A program made the position numbers and the translations under genes. 64,000 nucleotides of DNA from Xanthobacteraceae bacterium (GTDB lineage: Bacteria; Pseudomonadota; Alphaproteobacteria; Rhizobiales; Xanthobacteraceae), in contig JBEVIH010000031.1 of NCBI GenBank assembly GCA_040510815.1, positions 38,033 through 102,032 of the forward strand. Direction: 5' to 3'. Below the pieces are notes generated by a model, which had not been told where the DNA came from, made no database searches, and saw nothing but the letters and a program-made list of their open reading frames with translations. Positions 44,123-53,645 of the stretch are shown piece by piece. Position 1 is the stretch's first letter. Each line of letters begins with the position of its first letter.

Positions 44123-45408
44123 CGGACGCCGCATCGACGGGGCGGCTGCTCTCCCCGCCGGTAAGTTCCAGCGATCCATTGATGTGGGCGGACTTCCAGG
44201 CGCTGTGCGATCTGGGCGGCCGCCTCGCCGGCTCGGCGAGCGAAGCCGCGGCTCTGACGTTCGCCCGGCAGCGGCTGGCCGCCGTGCCGGGCGCAAGGGT
44301 TCGCGAGGACCCTGTGGACTATCCAGGTTGGCGGTGCCGAACGGCGCAATTGATCGCCGCAACGACGGGCTCTTCGTTCCCCTGCACGCCGCTTCTCGGC
44401 ACGGCGTCGGCGGCCGGCCTCGTGGCGGAAGTCCTCGATCTCGGATTGGGCCGGCCTGAGGATTTCGAGCGGCACGCAAACGCCATCAGCGGCCGGATCG
44501 TCATGGTCCGCCACGAGTATCCGTTCGCGACCGGGCACGTGCACCGCCGCGTCAAGCTGGGGTTGGCGCAGCGCACGGGCGCGGTCGGATTTTTGATCGC
44601 GCATCCGGAGGTCGGCGTCGGCCCGGTATCGGGCTCGAGCGGACGCAACGGCGGGGCCGGCATCCCGGCGCTCGGCATTGGTGCCGACGCGGCGGACGCG
44701 TTCCGCCGCTTGCCGGACGGCACGCTCCCAACCGCCCGCTTGGTCATCGACGGCGACGATCACCCCGCGCGGACCTGCATGTTGATTGCCGACCTGCCCG
44801 GCCGGGGCCCGGATTGGGTCGTGGTCAGCGCGCATATCGACGGCCATCCGCATGGCGAAAGCGCGATCGACAACGCCACCGGCGTCGCGGTCGCGCTCGG
44901 GCTGGCACGGCTGCTTGCGCCGCACGTCTGCGGAAGTCCGCGCGGCCTGCGGATCTGCCTGTTCAGCGCCGAGGAATGGGGACTGGTCGGATCGCGCATC
45001 TGGCTCGAACGGATGGACGAGGCCGCGCGGCGGTCGATGGTCCTCAACATCAATCTCGACTCCGTCGGCGGCGCATCCGGGTTGACCGCGCTCACGTCTG
45101 GCTTCGAGCGCCTAGATGCCTGGGTCAGGGAGACTACGGCGCTCGCCGGCCTGCCGGTCGCGACGCACCTGCCGCTGATGACCAATTCCGACCACGCCAA
45201 TTTTGCCGCGCACGGCATTCCTGCCGTCCGGCTGATCGCCGGATTTGACGCGCCCGACAGCAACCTCCGTCTCCTGCTGACGGCCGCCGACACCCGCGAC
45301 AAAGTGCGCCCGGACGAGCTCGATCAGGCGCTGAAGCTCGCAACTACGCTGACGTGGCAGGCGTTGGCCGCTGACGATGCAACGCTGTCGAGCCTGGCGC
45401 GCGATTAG
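44119..45408 (+). CDS. M28-family metallopeptidase
   Basis: GTGA overlap with the TctC stop. Zn-ligand contexts SAHIDGHPHGESAIDNATG, FSAEEWGLVGS, NLDSVGG and SDHANFAAHGIP. Confidence 0.8.
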   Translation: MTDAASTGRLLSPPVSSSDPLMWADFQALCDLGGRLAGSASEAAALTFARQRLAAVPGARVREDPVDYPGWRCRTAQLIAATTGSSFPCTPLLGTASAAGLVAEVLDLGLGRPEDFERHANAISGRIVMVRHEYPFATGHVHRRVKLGLAQRTGAVGFLIAHPEVGVGPVSGSSGRNGGAGIPALGIGADAADAFRRLPDGTLPTARLVIDGDDHPARTCMLIADLPGRGPDWVVVSAHIDGHPHGESAIDNATGVAVALGLARLLAPHVCGSPRGLRICLFSAEEWGLVGSRIWLERMDEAARRSMVLNINLDSVGGASGLTALTSGFERLDAWVRETTALAGLPVATHLPLMTNSDHANFAAHGIPAVRLIAGFDAPDSNLRLLLTAADTRDKVRPDELDQALKLATTLTWQALAADDATLSSLARD

Positions 45409-45707
45409 CACTGTCCGGCGTTCGGTGTGAACCGGAAAACATTTGCTCATTGCACGTTTTTCGCAATTTGACCCCAGACGCTGAGCTGCCCCGGGGAAAG
45501 ACCGTTCCGGGTACGCTTTGCGCGCTGATCCGAACGCCGAGTGTCACCATGCAAAAGCGCCGTTGGGTTTGCCGCCACTCACCATCCTTGGCAGGATGCA
45601 TAGAGCGCGTCATGCAATCTACTCTGCCGCATTCGCTGCGTGGTCATCCTTGAAACCAAGATGGCGCTCGTTGCAATATCGAGACATCACGGTGAGGAGT
45701 ACAGAAG

Positions 45708-46568
45708 GTGCCGCTGCAGGCGAACCGATCCGCCGCTGCGCCCCCGACTCCCGCGCATGCGTATTCGGCGCGCAGGCGCTGGCTTGGCGAGCGGAGTTCC
45801 AATCTGGTTGTCCCGACGCTCGCGATCGTCGCCGTCCTCGTGGTGTGGGCGGTGATCGTCAAGACCTTCGAGATTCCGGACTATTTATTGCCTGCGCCGC
45901 AGGACGTGGCCGCGCGCATTATCAAAGAATGGTCACTCCTTTGGAAGCATGGCGCCTATACCCTCATGTCCGTGCTGACCGGCTTTGCGGCAGGCGCCGC
46001 CATCGGCGTGCCGCTTGCATTCGGCATCGTGCTGAGCCGCAGCATGGAGCGCATCGCGATGCCATTTCTCGTGATGTCCCAGACAATTCCCAAAGTCGCG
46101 ATCGCGCCGATCCTGGTGGTCTGGCTCGGTTTCGGGATCTTGCCGAAAATCGCGATCGTCTTTCTTATCTCCTTCTTTCCGATCGTGGTGTCGACCGTCG
46201 TCGGACTCAAGAGCGTCGAGACCGACATGATCGACCTTGTCCGTTCAATGGGGGCGCGAACCGGCAAGATCATGCTGCGTGTGCGGGGACCGTCGGCACT
46301 CCCGCAGATGTTTGCAGGATTCAAGATCGCGGTGTGCCTGGCGGTGGTCGGAGCGATCGTCGGCGAATTCGTCGGCTCCGACCGAGGTCTGGGCTATCTT
46401 CTGCTGACCTCCACCGGGACACTCGACGGGACCCTCGTCTGGTCTGCGTTGTTTGTCCTGATCGCCATGGGCATTGCATTGTTCACCATCGTGTCCAAAC
46501 TGGAACGCCTTGCAATCCCCTGGCACGTCTCGGTGCGCGCCGAGGAGACCGCGGCCTATCAATCCTGA
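45708..46568 (+). CDS. ABC transporter permease (NitT/TauT family)
   Basis: GTG start. Paralogous to 35892-36767 (VETDMIDLVRSMGARTGKIMLRVRGPSALP EAA loop). Confidence 0.85.
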   Translation: MPLQANRSAAAPPTPAHAYSARRRWLGERSSNLVVPTLAIVAVLVVWAVIVKTFEIPDYLLPAPQDVAARIIKEWSLLWKHGAYTLMSVLTGFAAGAAIGVPLAFGIVLSRSMERIAMPFLVMSQTIPKVAIAPILVVWLGFGILPKIAIVFLISFFPIVVSTVVGLKSVETDMIDLVRSMGARTGKIMLRVRGPSALPQMFAGFKIAVCLAVVGAIVGEFVGSDRGLGYLLLTSTGTLDGTLVWSALFVLIAMGIALFTIVSKLERLAIPWHVSVRAEETAAYQS

Positions 46569-46576
46569 ACGGGGAG

Positions 46577-47593
46577 ATGCAGATGAACGTTTCCAACCTG
46601 TGCCGAGCGATCGTAGCTGCAGCCGCGGTGTTGCTCGGGACCTTTCCGAAACCCGCTGGCGCCGCAGCGGCTGTCAGCTTCCGGCTGGACTGGACCCTCT
46701 CCGGATATCATCTGCCATTCTATTGGGCGAAAGAGAAAGGCTACTACACGGCGGAGAATCTCGACGTCGACATCAAGGAAGGCGCGGGTTCCGGGAAGAC
46801 GGTCGCCTTGATGGCCGGCCAGCAGGATGACATCGGCCTCGCGGATTTCATGTTCATGTCGGTGGGCGCCGCCAAAGGCATGAAGCTCAAGGGCCTCTAC
46901 AGCGTGGTCCAGGACGGCGCATGGGCGGTCATTTCACAGGCCGACGCACCGATCAAGAAACCGGAAGACTTGATCGGCAAGACCATTGCAACGACCGCGG
47001 ACCACAAGTCGATGCTCGATCTGCTTCTGGCGATCAACAAGGTTCCGCCGGACAAGGTGAAAATCCAGGTCACCAGCCCAGCCACTCGCAACACCGTGTT
47101 CGTCAACGGGCAGGTGGACAGCTTTATCAGCGTCGTCATTGGCTCGCCGCTCGATCTTGTGGTGCGCGCTCAGCAGGGCAAGGGCAAGCCCGTCTATTTC
47201 ATGCCGTTTGCCGATTTTGGCATCGCCCCCATGGGACAAGGTGTCCTTGCGCATGAGCGCACCATCACGGAGAAGCCCGAGATGCTGCGACGGTTCGTGC
47301 GCGCGAGCGCACGAGCCCTCAACGACGTTGCCAAGCAGGAGAACTACGAGGAAGCGGTGAACGTGGCCATGCGTCTATCCGGCGCCCGTGAGGAGCGGCG
47401 GGACTCGGTGAAGCTGCAATGGATCGAGACCGTTCCGCGGCTGCGCACCAAGAATACCGCAGGCCACCCCTATGGCTGGATGAGCGAACAGGATTGGGCC
47501 GTCTCCGTCGACATCCTTCTGAAGACTGGGCAGCTCGAAAAGCCAATCCCGACCAAGAGCTTGTACACAAACGATTTTGTGCCGACGAACTGA
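46577..47593 (+). CDS. ABC transporter substrate-binding protein (NMT1/THI5-like)
   Basis: Only the C-terminal 338 aa of the 691-aa track ORF are real. Starts MQMNVSNLCRAIVAAAAVLLG.. (signal), then FRLDWTLSGYHLPFYWAKEKGYY. Confidence 0.85.
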   Translation: MQMNVSNLCRAIVAAAAVLLGTFPKPAGAAAAVSFRLDWTLSGYHLPFYWAKEKGYYTAENLDVDIKEGAGSGKTVALMAGQQDDIGLADFMFMSVGAAKGMKLKGLYSVVQDGAWAVISQADAPIKKPEDLIGKTIATTADHKSMLDLLLAINKVPPDKVKIQVTSPATRNTVFVNGQVDSFISVVIGSPLDLVVRAQQGKGKPVYFMPFADFGIAPMGQGVLAHERTITEKPEMLRRFVRASARALNDVAKQENYEEAVNVAMRLSGAREERRDSVKLQWIETVPRLRTKNTAGHPYGWMSEQDWAVSVDILLKTGQLEKPIPTKSLYTNDFVPTN

Positions 47594-48381
47594 TGCAAAC
47601 GAGAGCGCATGGCGGAGAAGTCATCGGAATCGAAGGTGTCAGCCTCATCTACCGTTCCAGGAACGCGGAGGTGCACGCGCTCGACAACATCTCCTTCGCC
47701 GCCACCGACCGCGAGTTTGTCGCGTTGGTTGGTCCAAGCGGTTGCGGAAAGAGCACGCTGCTCAAGCTGATCTCCGGTCTCCTTCCTCACTACAGCGGGA
47801 TGGTCCGGGTGAACGGTCGGCCGATCAGCGGGCCGACAGCCTCCATCGGCATCGTCTTTCAGAGTCCTCTTCTGATGGCATGGCGGACCGTGCTGCAAAA
47901 CGTGCTTCTGCAGATCGAGATCCGAAATCTGCGCGTGGCTGACTATCTGGCGGCTGCCCGCGATTTGATTCGACTCGTCGGGCTCGACGGATTTGAAGAC
48001 GCGCATCCGCATCAATTGTCGGGAGGGATGCAGCAGCGCGTTGGCCTATGCCGCGCACTCATTCATGACCCGGACCTGCTCATCATGGATGAGCCGTTCG
48101 GCGCTCTCGATGCCATGACACGCGAGCTGATGAACGCCGAATTGCAGCGCATCTGGATCGAGCGTCAGAAGACCGTTCTGTTCATCACCCACAGCATCTC
48201 GGAAGCGGTGTATCTCGCCGACCGCGTGCTGGTCATGTCGCCGCGCCCTGGCCGGATCGTGGGCGAAATTGCCGTGGATCTGCCGCGACCGCGGACGGTC
48301 GCGACGACTGAACTGCCGGAGTTCGTGCACTTCACGCGCGAAGTTCGGCGGAGCCTGAATACCGGGTCCGTCATCGAGTAG
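47593..48381 (+). CDS. ABC transporter ATP-binding protein (NitT/TauT family)
   Basis: TGATG overlap with the SBP stop. GPSGCGKSTLL, LSGGMQQRVGLCRAL and LIMDEPFGALD. Confidence 0.85.
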   Translation: MQTRAHGGEVIGIEGVSLIYRSRNAEVHALDNISFAATDREFVALVGPSGCGKSTLLKLISGLLPHYSGMVRVNGRPISGPTASIGIVFQSPLLMAWRTVLQNVLLQIEIRNLRVADYLAAARDLIRLVGLDGFEDAHPHQLSGGMQQRVGLCRALIHDPDLLIMDEPFGALDAMTRELMNAELQRIWIERQKTVLFITHSISEAVYLADRVLVMSPRPGRIVGEIAVDLPRPRTVATTELPEFVHFTREVRRSLNTGSVIE

Positions 48382-48387
48382 GCGATC

Positions 48388-48894
48388 ATGAAGGAAATCG
48401 ATGCGAAAGCGTTTTGGGGCGCCGTCGGTCAGCGCGCCATGGGGGTGTCGGTCGTCACGGCGTCTGGTGCCGATGGCCCGGCGGGATTTCTGGGTCTGTC
48501 GACAGCGCATGTGTGCGCCGACCCCCCCATGATGCTGGTATCGATCGACAAGCGAACATCGGCGCTCCAGGCCGTGCTGGAAAGCCGGCACTTCGCCATC
48601 AATTATCTGGCGCGCGACCATCAAGAGATCGCCGAGATTTTCGGCGGCAAGTCGGCGCTGAAGGGGGCGGATCGATTCAGCACCGCCGTCTGGGGAGCAT
48701 TGTCGTCTGGTGCCCCCGTGCTGCAAGCGGCCGCGGGCGCGATCGATTGCATATTGGAGGAAGCGATCGAGCGCTTCGGCGTGGTGATCGCCATCGGCCG
48801 CGTCGTCGATTTCCGCACGAGCACGAGCGATCCCCTGATCTTTTTCCGAGGCCGGTACATTTCTACGCCACCCAAGGCGGAAGCAGGCCGATGA
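48388..48894 (+). CDS. flavin reductase (FMN-binding split-barrel family)
   Basis: FWGAVGQRAMGVSVVTA..GFLGLSTAHVCADPPMMLVSI; ATGA overlap with the downstream monooxygenase. Confidence 0.8.
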   Translation: MKEIDAKAFWGAVGQRAMGVSVVTASGADGPAGFLGLSTAHVCADPPMMLVSIDKRTSALQAVLESRHFAINYLARDHQEIAEIFGGKSALKGADRFSTAVWGALSSGAPVLQAAAGAIDCILEEAIERFGVVIAIGRVVDFRTSTSDPLIFFRGRYISTPPKAEAGR

Positions 48895-50231
48895 AGGCGC
48901 AGATGCATCTGGCCATCGACGTGTCATGGACGCAGGTCGAGACGACCTGGCGCGAGCCGGGCGCGCGCGTTGGTCGCCACTATCCCGATATCGGATTGTT
49001 CGAGGATATCGCACGGGTGGCGGAGCGCGGGCTGATCGACCTGATCTTTTTTGGTGACAGCACCGGAATCCCGAACACCTGGAAGGGCTCGATCGAGGAC
49101 GCGGTGCGTTACGGCGTGGCCTGGCCGCGCATGGATATGAGCCCCTGGATCGTGGCCATGTCGCGGGTGACCAAGCATGTCGGCTTCGGCCTGACCTACG
49201 CAACCACCTTCATGCACCCGTTCTACGTCGCCCGCCTCCTGAACTCGCTCGATCACATCACCAATGGGCGCATCGCGTTCAACGTGATCACCTCTCAGCG
49301 CAAGGCCGATGCCCAGAATTACGGCTTCGATGAGCTGATGGAGCACGGTCAGCGCTACGACCGCATGGACGAGTTCATGGATGTTTGCCGGGCGCTGTGG
49401 GCCAGCATCGAGCCGGATGCCTTCGAATGGAACTGTGAAACCGGCCGGGTCGCCGATCCGGCCAAGGTGCGCGCTATCAATCATGTCGGACGCTTCTTCA
49501 AGGTGAAGGGCCCGCTCAGCGTACCCCCCTCCCCGCAAATCTGCCCCGTGCTCATCCAGGCCGGCGGCTCGCCCCGCGGCACGCGCACGGCGGCGCGCTT
49601 CGTCGACCATGTCTTTGGCGCCCGTAAGCCGATCCCGCAAATGGCCAAGCAGCGTGCGGAGGTGGACGCGGCGCTGCGCGCCGAAGGACGCGATCCCCAG
49701 AAGGTGGGGATCATCTGGTCCACGCAGGTCATGGTGGGCGAGACGGAAAGCGAGGCCAAGGCGATGAGGGAACGCCTCATCGACCGCGTGCCGCGGGAGG
49801 CGGTCGGCGTGTGGCTCTCGCACAATACCGGCTTCGACATGTCCACGTTGCCGCCGCGCTTCTCGCTGCGGGAGCTCAACGAGCGCATTGTGGCCGCCAA
49901 CGCCTCGCCCGTCGGGTTCGTCGCGACGCTCGCGCAGACCCTCGGCGAGGATGGCGAGATCACGCGCGAGGAGTTCTTCGAGCACGGGCTGAAGACGGCG
50001 ACCAGCTACGCCACCACCGTGGCAGGCACCGCGGCGCAGATTGCCGACTACCTCGAGGAGAGGTTCGAGGGGTCGGGCAGCCGCGGCGGCTTCATGCTCC
50101 GCCATTCGCAGGCCGAGCAGATCGAGATGCTGCACAATATCGTCGATCTCCTCGTCCCAGAGCTGCAACGCCGCGGCCGTTTTCGAAAGGCGTATACGGG
50201 CCGGACGCTACGCGAGAACCTCGCCACCTGA
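48891..50231 (+). CDS. LLM-class flavin-dependent monooxygenase (NtaA/SnaA/DszA subfamily)
   Basis: The true start is the internal ATG (MKAQMHLAIDVSW). LIFFGDSTG, MHPFYVARLLNSLDHITNGRIAFNVITS and PVLIQAGGSPRG. Paralogous to 33484-34812. Confidence 0.85.
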   Translation: MKAQMHLAIDVSWTQVETTWREPGARVGRHYPDIGLFEDIARVAERGLIDLIFFGDSTGIPNTWKGSIEDAVRYGVAWPRMDMSPWIVAMSRVTKHVGFGLTYATTFMHPFYVARLLNSLDHITNGRIAFNVITSQRKADAQNYGFDELMEHGQRYDRMDEFMDVCRALWASIEPDAFEWNCETGRVADPAKVRAINHVGRFFKVKGPLSVPPSPQICPVLIQAGGSPRGTRTAARFVDHVFGARKPIPQMAKQRAEVDAALRAEGRDPQKVGIIWSTQVMVGETESEAKAMRERLIDRVPREAVGVWLSHNTGFDMSTLPPRFSLRELNERIVAANASPVGFVATLAQTLGEDGEITREEFFEHGLKTATSYATTVAGTAAQIADYLEERFEGSGSRGGFMLRHSQAEQIEMLHNIVDLLVPELQRRGRFRKAYTGRTLRENLAT

Positions 50232-50429
50232 TCTTCGTCGTCGTCAACTCGACAATGAGCATCCGCACGAAGCATCATCTCCACCAGGATCGCGTCGCCC
50301 GACGCAATGCCGTGGTGTAACGCAGTACAAATGCCAATTGCAAAGCGAAGCGCGGTTCTATCTGTTCTCGCGCGATCTAGGGGCGTAAGCAGACATCGAT
50401 CACGCCAGCCGATTTATGAATACACGGCC

Positions 50430-51077
50430 TTAGGGCGTCGACTCGGGTCTGCCAGCTGATGCGACACGAGCCCCCGGACCGAGCACCACGACAGTCGCGC
50501 CAACCTTCACTCGCGAATAGAGATCGATCGCATCCTCATTGGTCAACCGGATGCAGCCCGATGAAATCGCCCGCCCGATGTATTCGGGCTGGTTGGTGCC
50601 GTGGATGCGATACAGCGTGTCCTTGCCGCCGGCGTAAAGATAGAGCGCACGCGCACCCATCGGATTGTGCGCGCCGCCCGCGACATAGCTCGGAAGCGGG
50701 CCGAGCCGTCGCTTCACATCCGCGGTCGGCGTCCATCCCGGCCATTCCTCCTTGCGGCCGACCGTGGCCACGCCCGACCAGGTCTGACCATCCTCGCCCA
50801 CGGTTGCGCCGTAGCGAACCGCCTTGCCTCCCGGCAGCACGTAGAAAACGTAGCGTCCAGCGGTATCGACGAGGATCGAGCTTGGCGCTTCCTTCCGGTG
50901 GTATGGCACGACCTGACGCTGATAGGCGGGTGAAATCCACGCGTGCTGATAGGGTGGGTTCGCCAATTGCCGCTTATCGCGCGCCGTGAAATTGGCGTCC
51001 GACACCGGAACGGACTGCATGCAGCCACCAAGCAGCAGTCCGCTTGAAAGAAAAACGACGCCTCGAACGAACAGCAT
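50430..51077 (-). CDS. L,D-transpeptidase (YkuD domain), probable lipoprotein
   Basis: YRIHGTNQPEYIGRAISSGCIRLTNEDAIDLY is the YkuD catalytic His/Cys motif. N-terminus MLFVRGVVFLSSGLLLGGC has a lipobox. GGGGGA lies 5 nt upstream of the ATG at 51077; starts at 51083 or 51095 are possible. Confidence 0.8.
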   Translation of the reverse strand: MLFVRGVVFLSSGLLLGGCMQSVPVSDANFTARDKRQLANPPYQHAWISPAYQRQVVPYHRKEAPSSILVDTAGRYVFYVLPGGKAVRYGATVGEDGQTWSGVATVGRKEEWPGWTPTADVKRRLGPLPSYVAGGAHNPMGARALYLYAGGKDTLYRIHGTNQPEYIGRAISSGCIRLTNEDAIDLYSRVKVGATVVVLGPGARVASAGRPESTP

Positions 51078-51485
51078 GGTCATCCCCCGCTGCATTGTCA
51101 GGGTTCCTGCAAGGCAACCATCACCTAACAATGAAAAGTGGCTTCCTGGCCGCGCTTTAACCTTCTTTGCCTTTTCTCATTTTTTTTCTGACACCTGTTG
51201 TGCAAGCGCCACACCTTTGCGGTAACCCAAGAATGCCAACTCGGCCGCCAAGCCGAGGCCGTGCACGAATCGGGCCGAGCAGCGGTATCATCTTCATCGA
51301 CGGCGAACGCGACAGGTGGTCGAACGACGGGCTCGTGCACTCCTCGCACAACTGCGAGAGTCAGAGCGATGCCGGGATTGCGTGTCCGAATCGTTTTTGG
51401 CTGGAAGCGATGGATTCGTCAGCGGGACTTGGGGCTGCCGAGTGCCGCGTGGGTTTCGCGCGCCGGCTCGGCTGACGGGCGCTGA

Positions 51486-52631
51486 TTACCGTTGAACGGC
51501 GGCATACCCAATGGCGCTTTCGGGCTGAGAGGCCGCCGTGCGCTCAGGGCCGCTGAAAAGGTCCTTGAGGAACTTTGGCAACCATCCCGCTATCTGCGAA
51601 CTGGGCGGGGTCGCCAGACGCTCGACGACCACGAGGCGGGTGACCTCACCCCTCAAGAAGGCGTTCAGGAAGGCGGGGTAATCGGTGAAGGACACGCATC
51701 CGTTCGACTCGCCGCTGGGACCGAGCAGGTAGGAATGCGCGAGCATCCCGTCGCGACCATACATCTTGCCATCGCCGACCGGATTGAGGCGAATGGCGCG
51801 AACGCCGTGAAAAAGGTTCTCGCGCAAGCTGAGGTCATAGACGTTGGGCGGCGTCGGCCCCTCTCTCCTCACGTTGACATAGCGAGGATCGTCCATGCGG
51901 TCGCCAAGGCCGGAATGGGCTTCCAACCTGCGTCCGTCGGGCATGTAAACCGTACGCGCGGTGATGTCATAGATCGCGGTGCGGCTGTCGGGATCGAGGG
52001 ACCAGCTCGAGCCCTTCGGCATTTCCAAGCTGGCCAGCCGTATTTTTTTGGCGGGGGTGGCGGGCGGTGCTGACGCGAGCGACGCAAGCCTGGGCGCGGA
52101 CCGGCCGACGGCGGGCTGTGCCATCTCATGCTGCCCCGGATCCGGCGATGGCGAGCGTGCGATGTTCGGGACGCTGCCCGTGCCCTCCGTCTCCGCGGTC
52201 ATGGCGGGAGCGCCGGCGGTTTCGTCCGCCGTGGCCGCAAAGCGCTGGTCGAAGGAATCCGAAGGCTGGTCGAAGGAAAAACGCTCGTCGAAGGACAAAC
52301 GCCCGTCGAAGGAAAAGCGCTCGTCGAAGGACATGCGTTGCCGCATGGACTCCGGTGGGTCGGACCGCCTGTCCGTCTCCTCGACCGCCGAGGCGAACGC
52401 GACGTCCGTTCCCAGGCTCGCCACGCGCGCGCCGTCCAATATCTGCGACCCGAGGGGGGTCGGGAGGTCAAGGCGCTTCGGATGGATCGTTCCGAAAACC
52501 GACGGGCGTGGAGACTCGGCCCGCAGCTCGGCATCGGCCGAGCCGATCTCGTGCCGCCCCTCGGATGGGAGTGCAAGCCCGAAGACAAACCCGGCAATGA
52601 GCGCCGCGATCCCTGCGGGGATCAAGCGCAT
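51486..52631 (-). CDS. membrane-anchored DUF2778 / Tlde1-like (L,D-transpeptidase-fold) domain protein
   Basis: Start at MRLIPAGIAALIAGFVFGLALP (TM anchor), then a long low-complexity linker. C-terminal GPTPPNVYDL..IRLNPV..GRDGMLAHSYL..SNGCVSF matches the DUF2778 pattern. Confidence 0.7.
   Translation of the reverse strand: MRLIPAGIAALIAGFVFGLALPSEGRHEIGSADAELRAESPRPSVFGTIHPKRLDLPTPLGSQILDGARVASLGTDVAFASAVEETDRRSDPPESMRQRMSFDERFSFDGRLSFDERFSFDQPSDSFDQRFAATADETAGAPAMTAETEGTGSVPNIARSPSPDPGQHEMAQPAVGRSAPRLASLASAPPATPAKKIRLASLEMPKGSSWSLDPDSRTAIYDITARTVYMPDGRRLEAHSGLGDRMDDPRYVNVRREGPTPPNVYDLSLRENLFHGVRAIRLNPVGDGKMYGRDGMLAHSYLLGPSGESNGCVSFTDYPAFLNAFLRGEVTRLVVVERLATPPSSQIAGWLPKFLKDLFSGPERTAASQPESAIGYAAVQR
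52249..52341 (-). repeat. 18-bp periodic coding repeat (five tcgaagga-containing units; hexapeptide xRxSFD repeats)
   Basis: TCGAAGGA occurs at 52249, 52270, 52288, 52306 and 52324. On the minus strand it encodes SFDERFSFDGRLSFDERFSFDQPSDSFDQRF inside the DUF2778 protein linker. Confidence 0.85.
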
Positions 52632-52835
52632 CCCGACGTTAACCAAGATTCCCCCGTCCCTACCTAGCGCGGTTCCCTCGTGCAGGCGGGCAGCCGGCAC
52701 CCCGCGTCCCCAAGTTCCAGCCGAACAGAACAGAGCATTGCGGCAAAGAATCGTCCGAGGGCAGTCCTTCTCACGGCAGGAGAAGGCGGAGTGTCGGCGC
52801 GCGGATCGGGAGTGGTCCGAGTGAATCAGGCCGCT

Positions 52836-53231
52836 CTAGAATGGACGATTACCACTGTACCCCGGATACGTTCCATTACCCCGTGGGGCAGCAACCTTCC
52901 GGGGCTTGGGCGTTCTCGCCTCGACAGCCTGCTCTGCCTGTCCGGAAGTCTCTGCCGCCGCCGGTTCGCCGGCCGGCGCGGACAGTCGCGCTGCCGGGCG
53001 CTGTGGCCCGCTGCGCAGAAATTCCCATGAGGTAGTGGGCTCTGCCCGCCGCCCGTCAGTATGAGCCGCGAACGTTGCGGACGGCAGCTTGGAGGCGGTG
53101 GATTCGGAATCTTTGACTATTGGCTGCAAAAGCCAATGGAACCCAACGGCAAGCACGAGATACACACCAAGGCAGCTGGCAAGGACGACAACCCAGGTCC
53201 GATCCCGATGTTTTGAACTGCGGATACGCAC
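52836..53231 (-). CDS. hypothetical single-pass membrane protein
   Basis: 131 aa with one TM helix (WVVVLASCLGVYLVLAVGFHWLL) and a Pro/Ala-rich tail. No recognisable domain. Co-oriented with the DUF2778 gene. Confidence 0.45.
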   Translation of the reverse strand: MRIRSSKHRDRTWVVVLASCLGVYLVLAVGFHWLLQPIVKDSESTASKLPSATFAAHTDGRRAEPTTSWEFLRSGPQRPAARLSAPAGEPAAAETSGQAEQAVEARTPKPRKVAAPRGNGTYPGYSGNRPF

Positions 53232-53645
53232 GGCGACGCTCCCCCGGTTGTGCGAGGACTACTCGTTGTTTGTCGCTGCGGCCGGTCTTGCGGTTCAAAT
53301 TGTGATTGGATCGGTAGCATCATGCGGCATCGCAGGCGACGCCGATCTCAGCCGCAAGGCGCAGCGCAACTGTTGCGCTCGCGCGAACGAGATCCTGGCC
53401 GCCGGCAGCTCGATGGTGGGACAGTTGTTGCAGGCGACCGGCGCGGCGCTTGCCCGCCTCCGGTACCGCATGATCGACATGTCGGTCGAGCCGAGCGGTA
53501 GTCGATTGCGACTGCCCCCACATCTCCGCTGGATTGGCGCATTCGAACCCCAGTGACGTCGAAATAGGTTGGGAGAGATCCGGCGAGCCGCTGCAATTCG
53601 GCGTGATCGGTGTGGCGTGTCGATTGCGCAGAAGGAGGGTGTCAG

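Noticed and set aside
45518-46576. N-terminal 353 aa of the 691-aa track ORF 45518-47593
   Set aside because: This part overlaps the well-supported permease gene (45708-46568) in another frame and is Arg-rich nonsense. Only the portion from the ATG at 46577 (signal peptide + NMT1-like SBP) is real. The same logic trimmed ORFs 22661-, 27514-, 48414-, 56976- and 59103-.
52249-52341. Regularly spaced 18-bp repeats that could suggest a mini CRISPR-like array
   Set aside because: The period is too short and there are no spacers. The repeats are in frame inside a well-supported CDS and encode xRxSFD hexapeptides. No cas genes are present.
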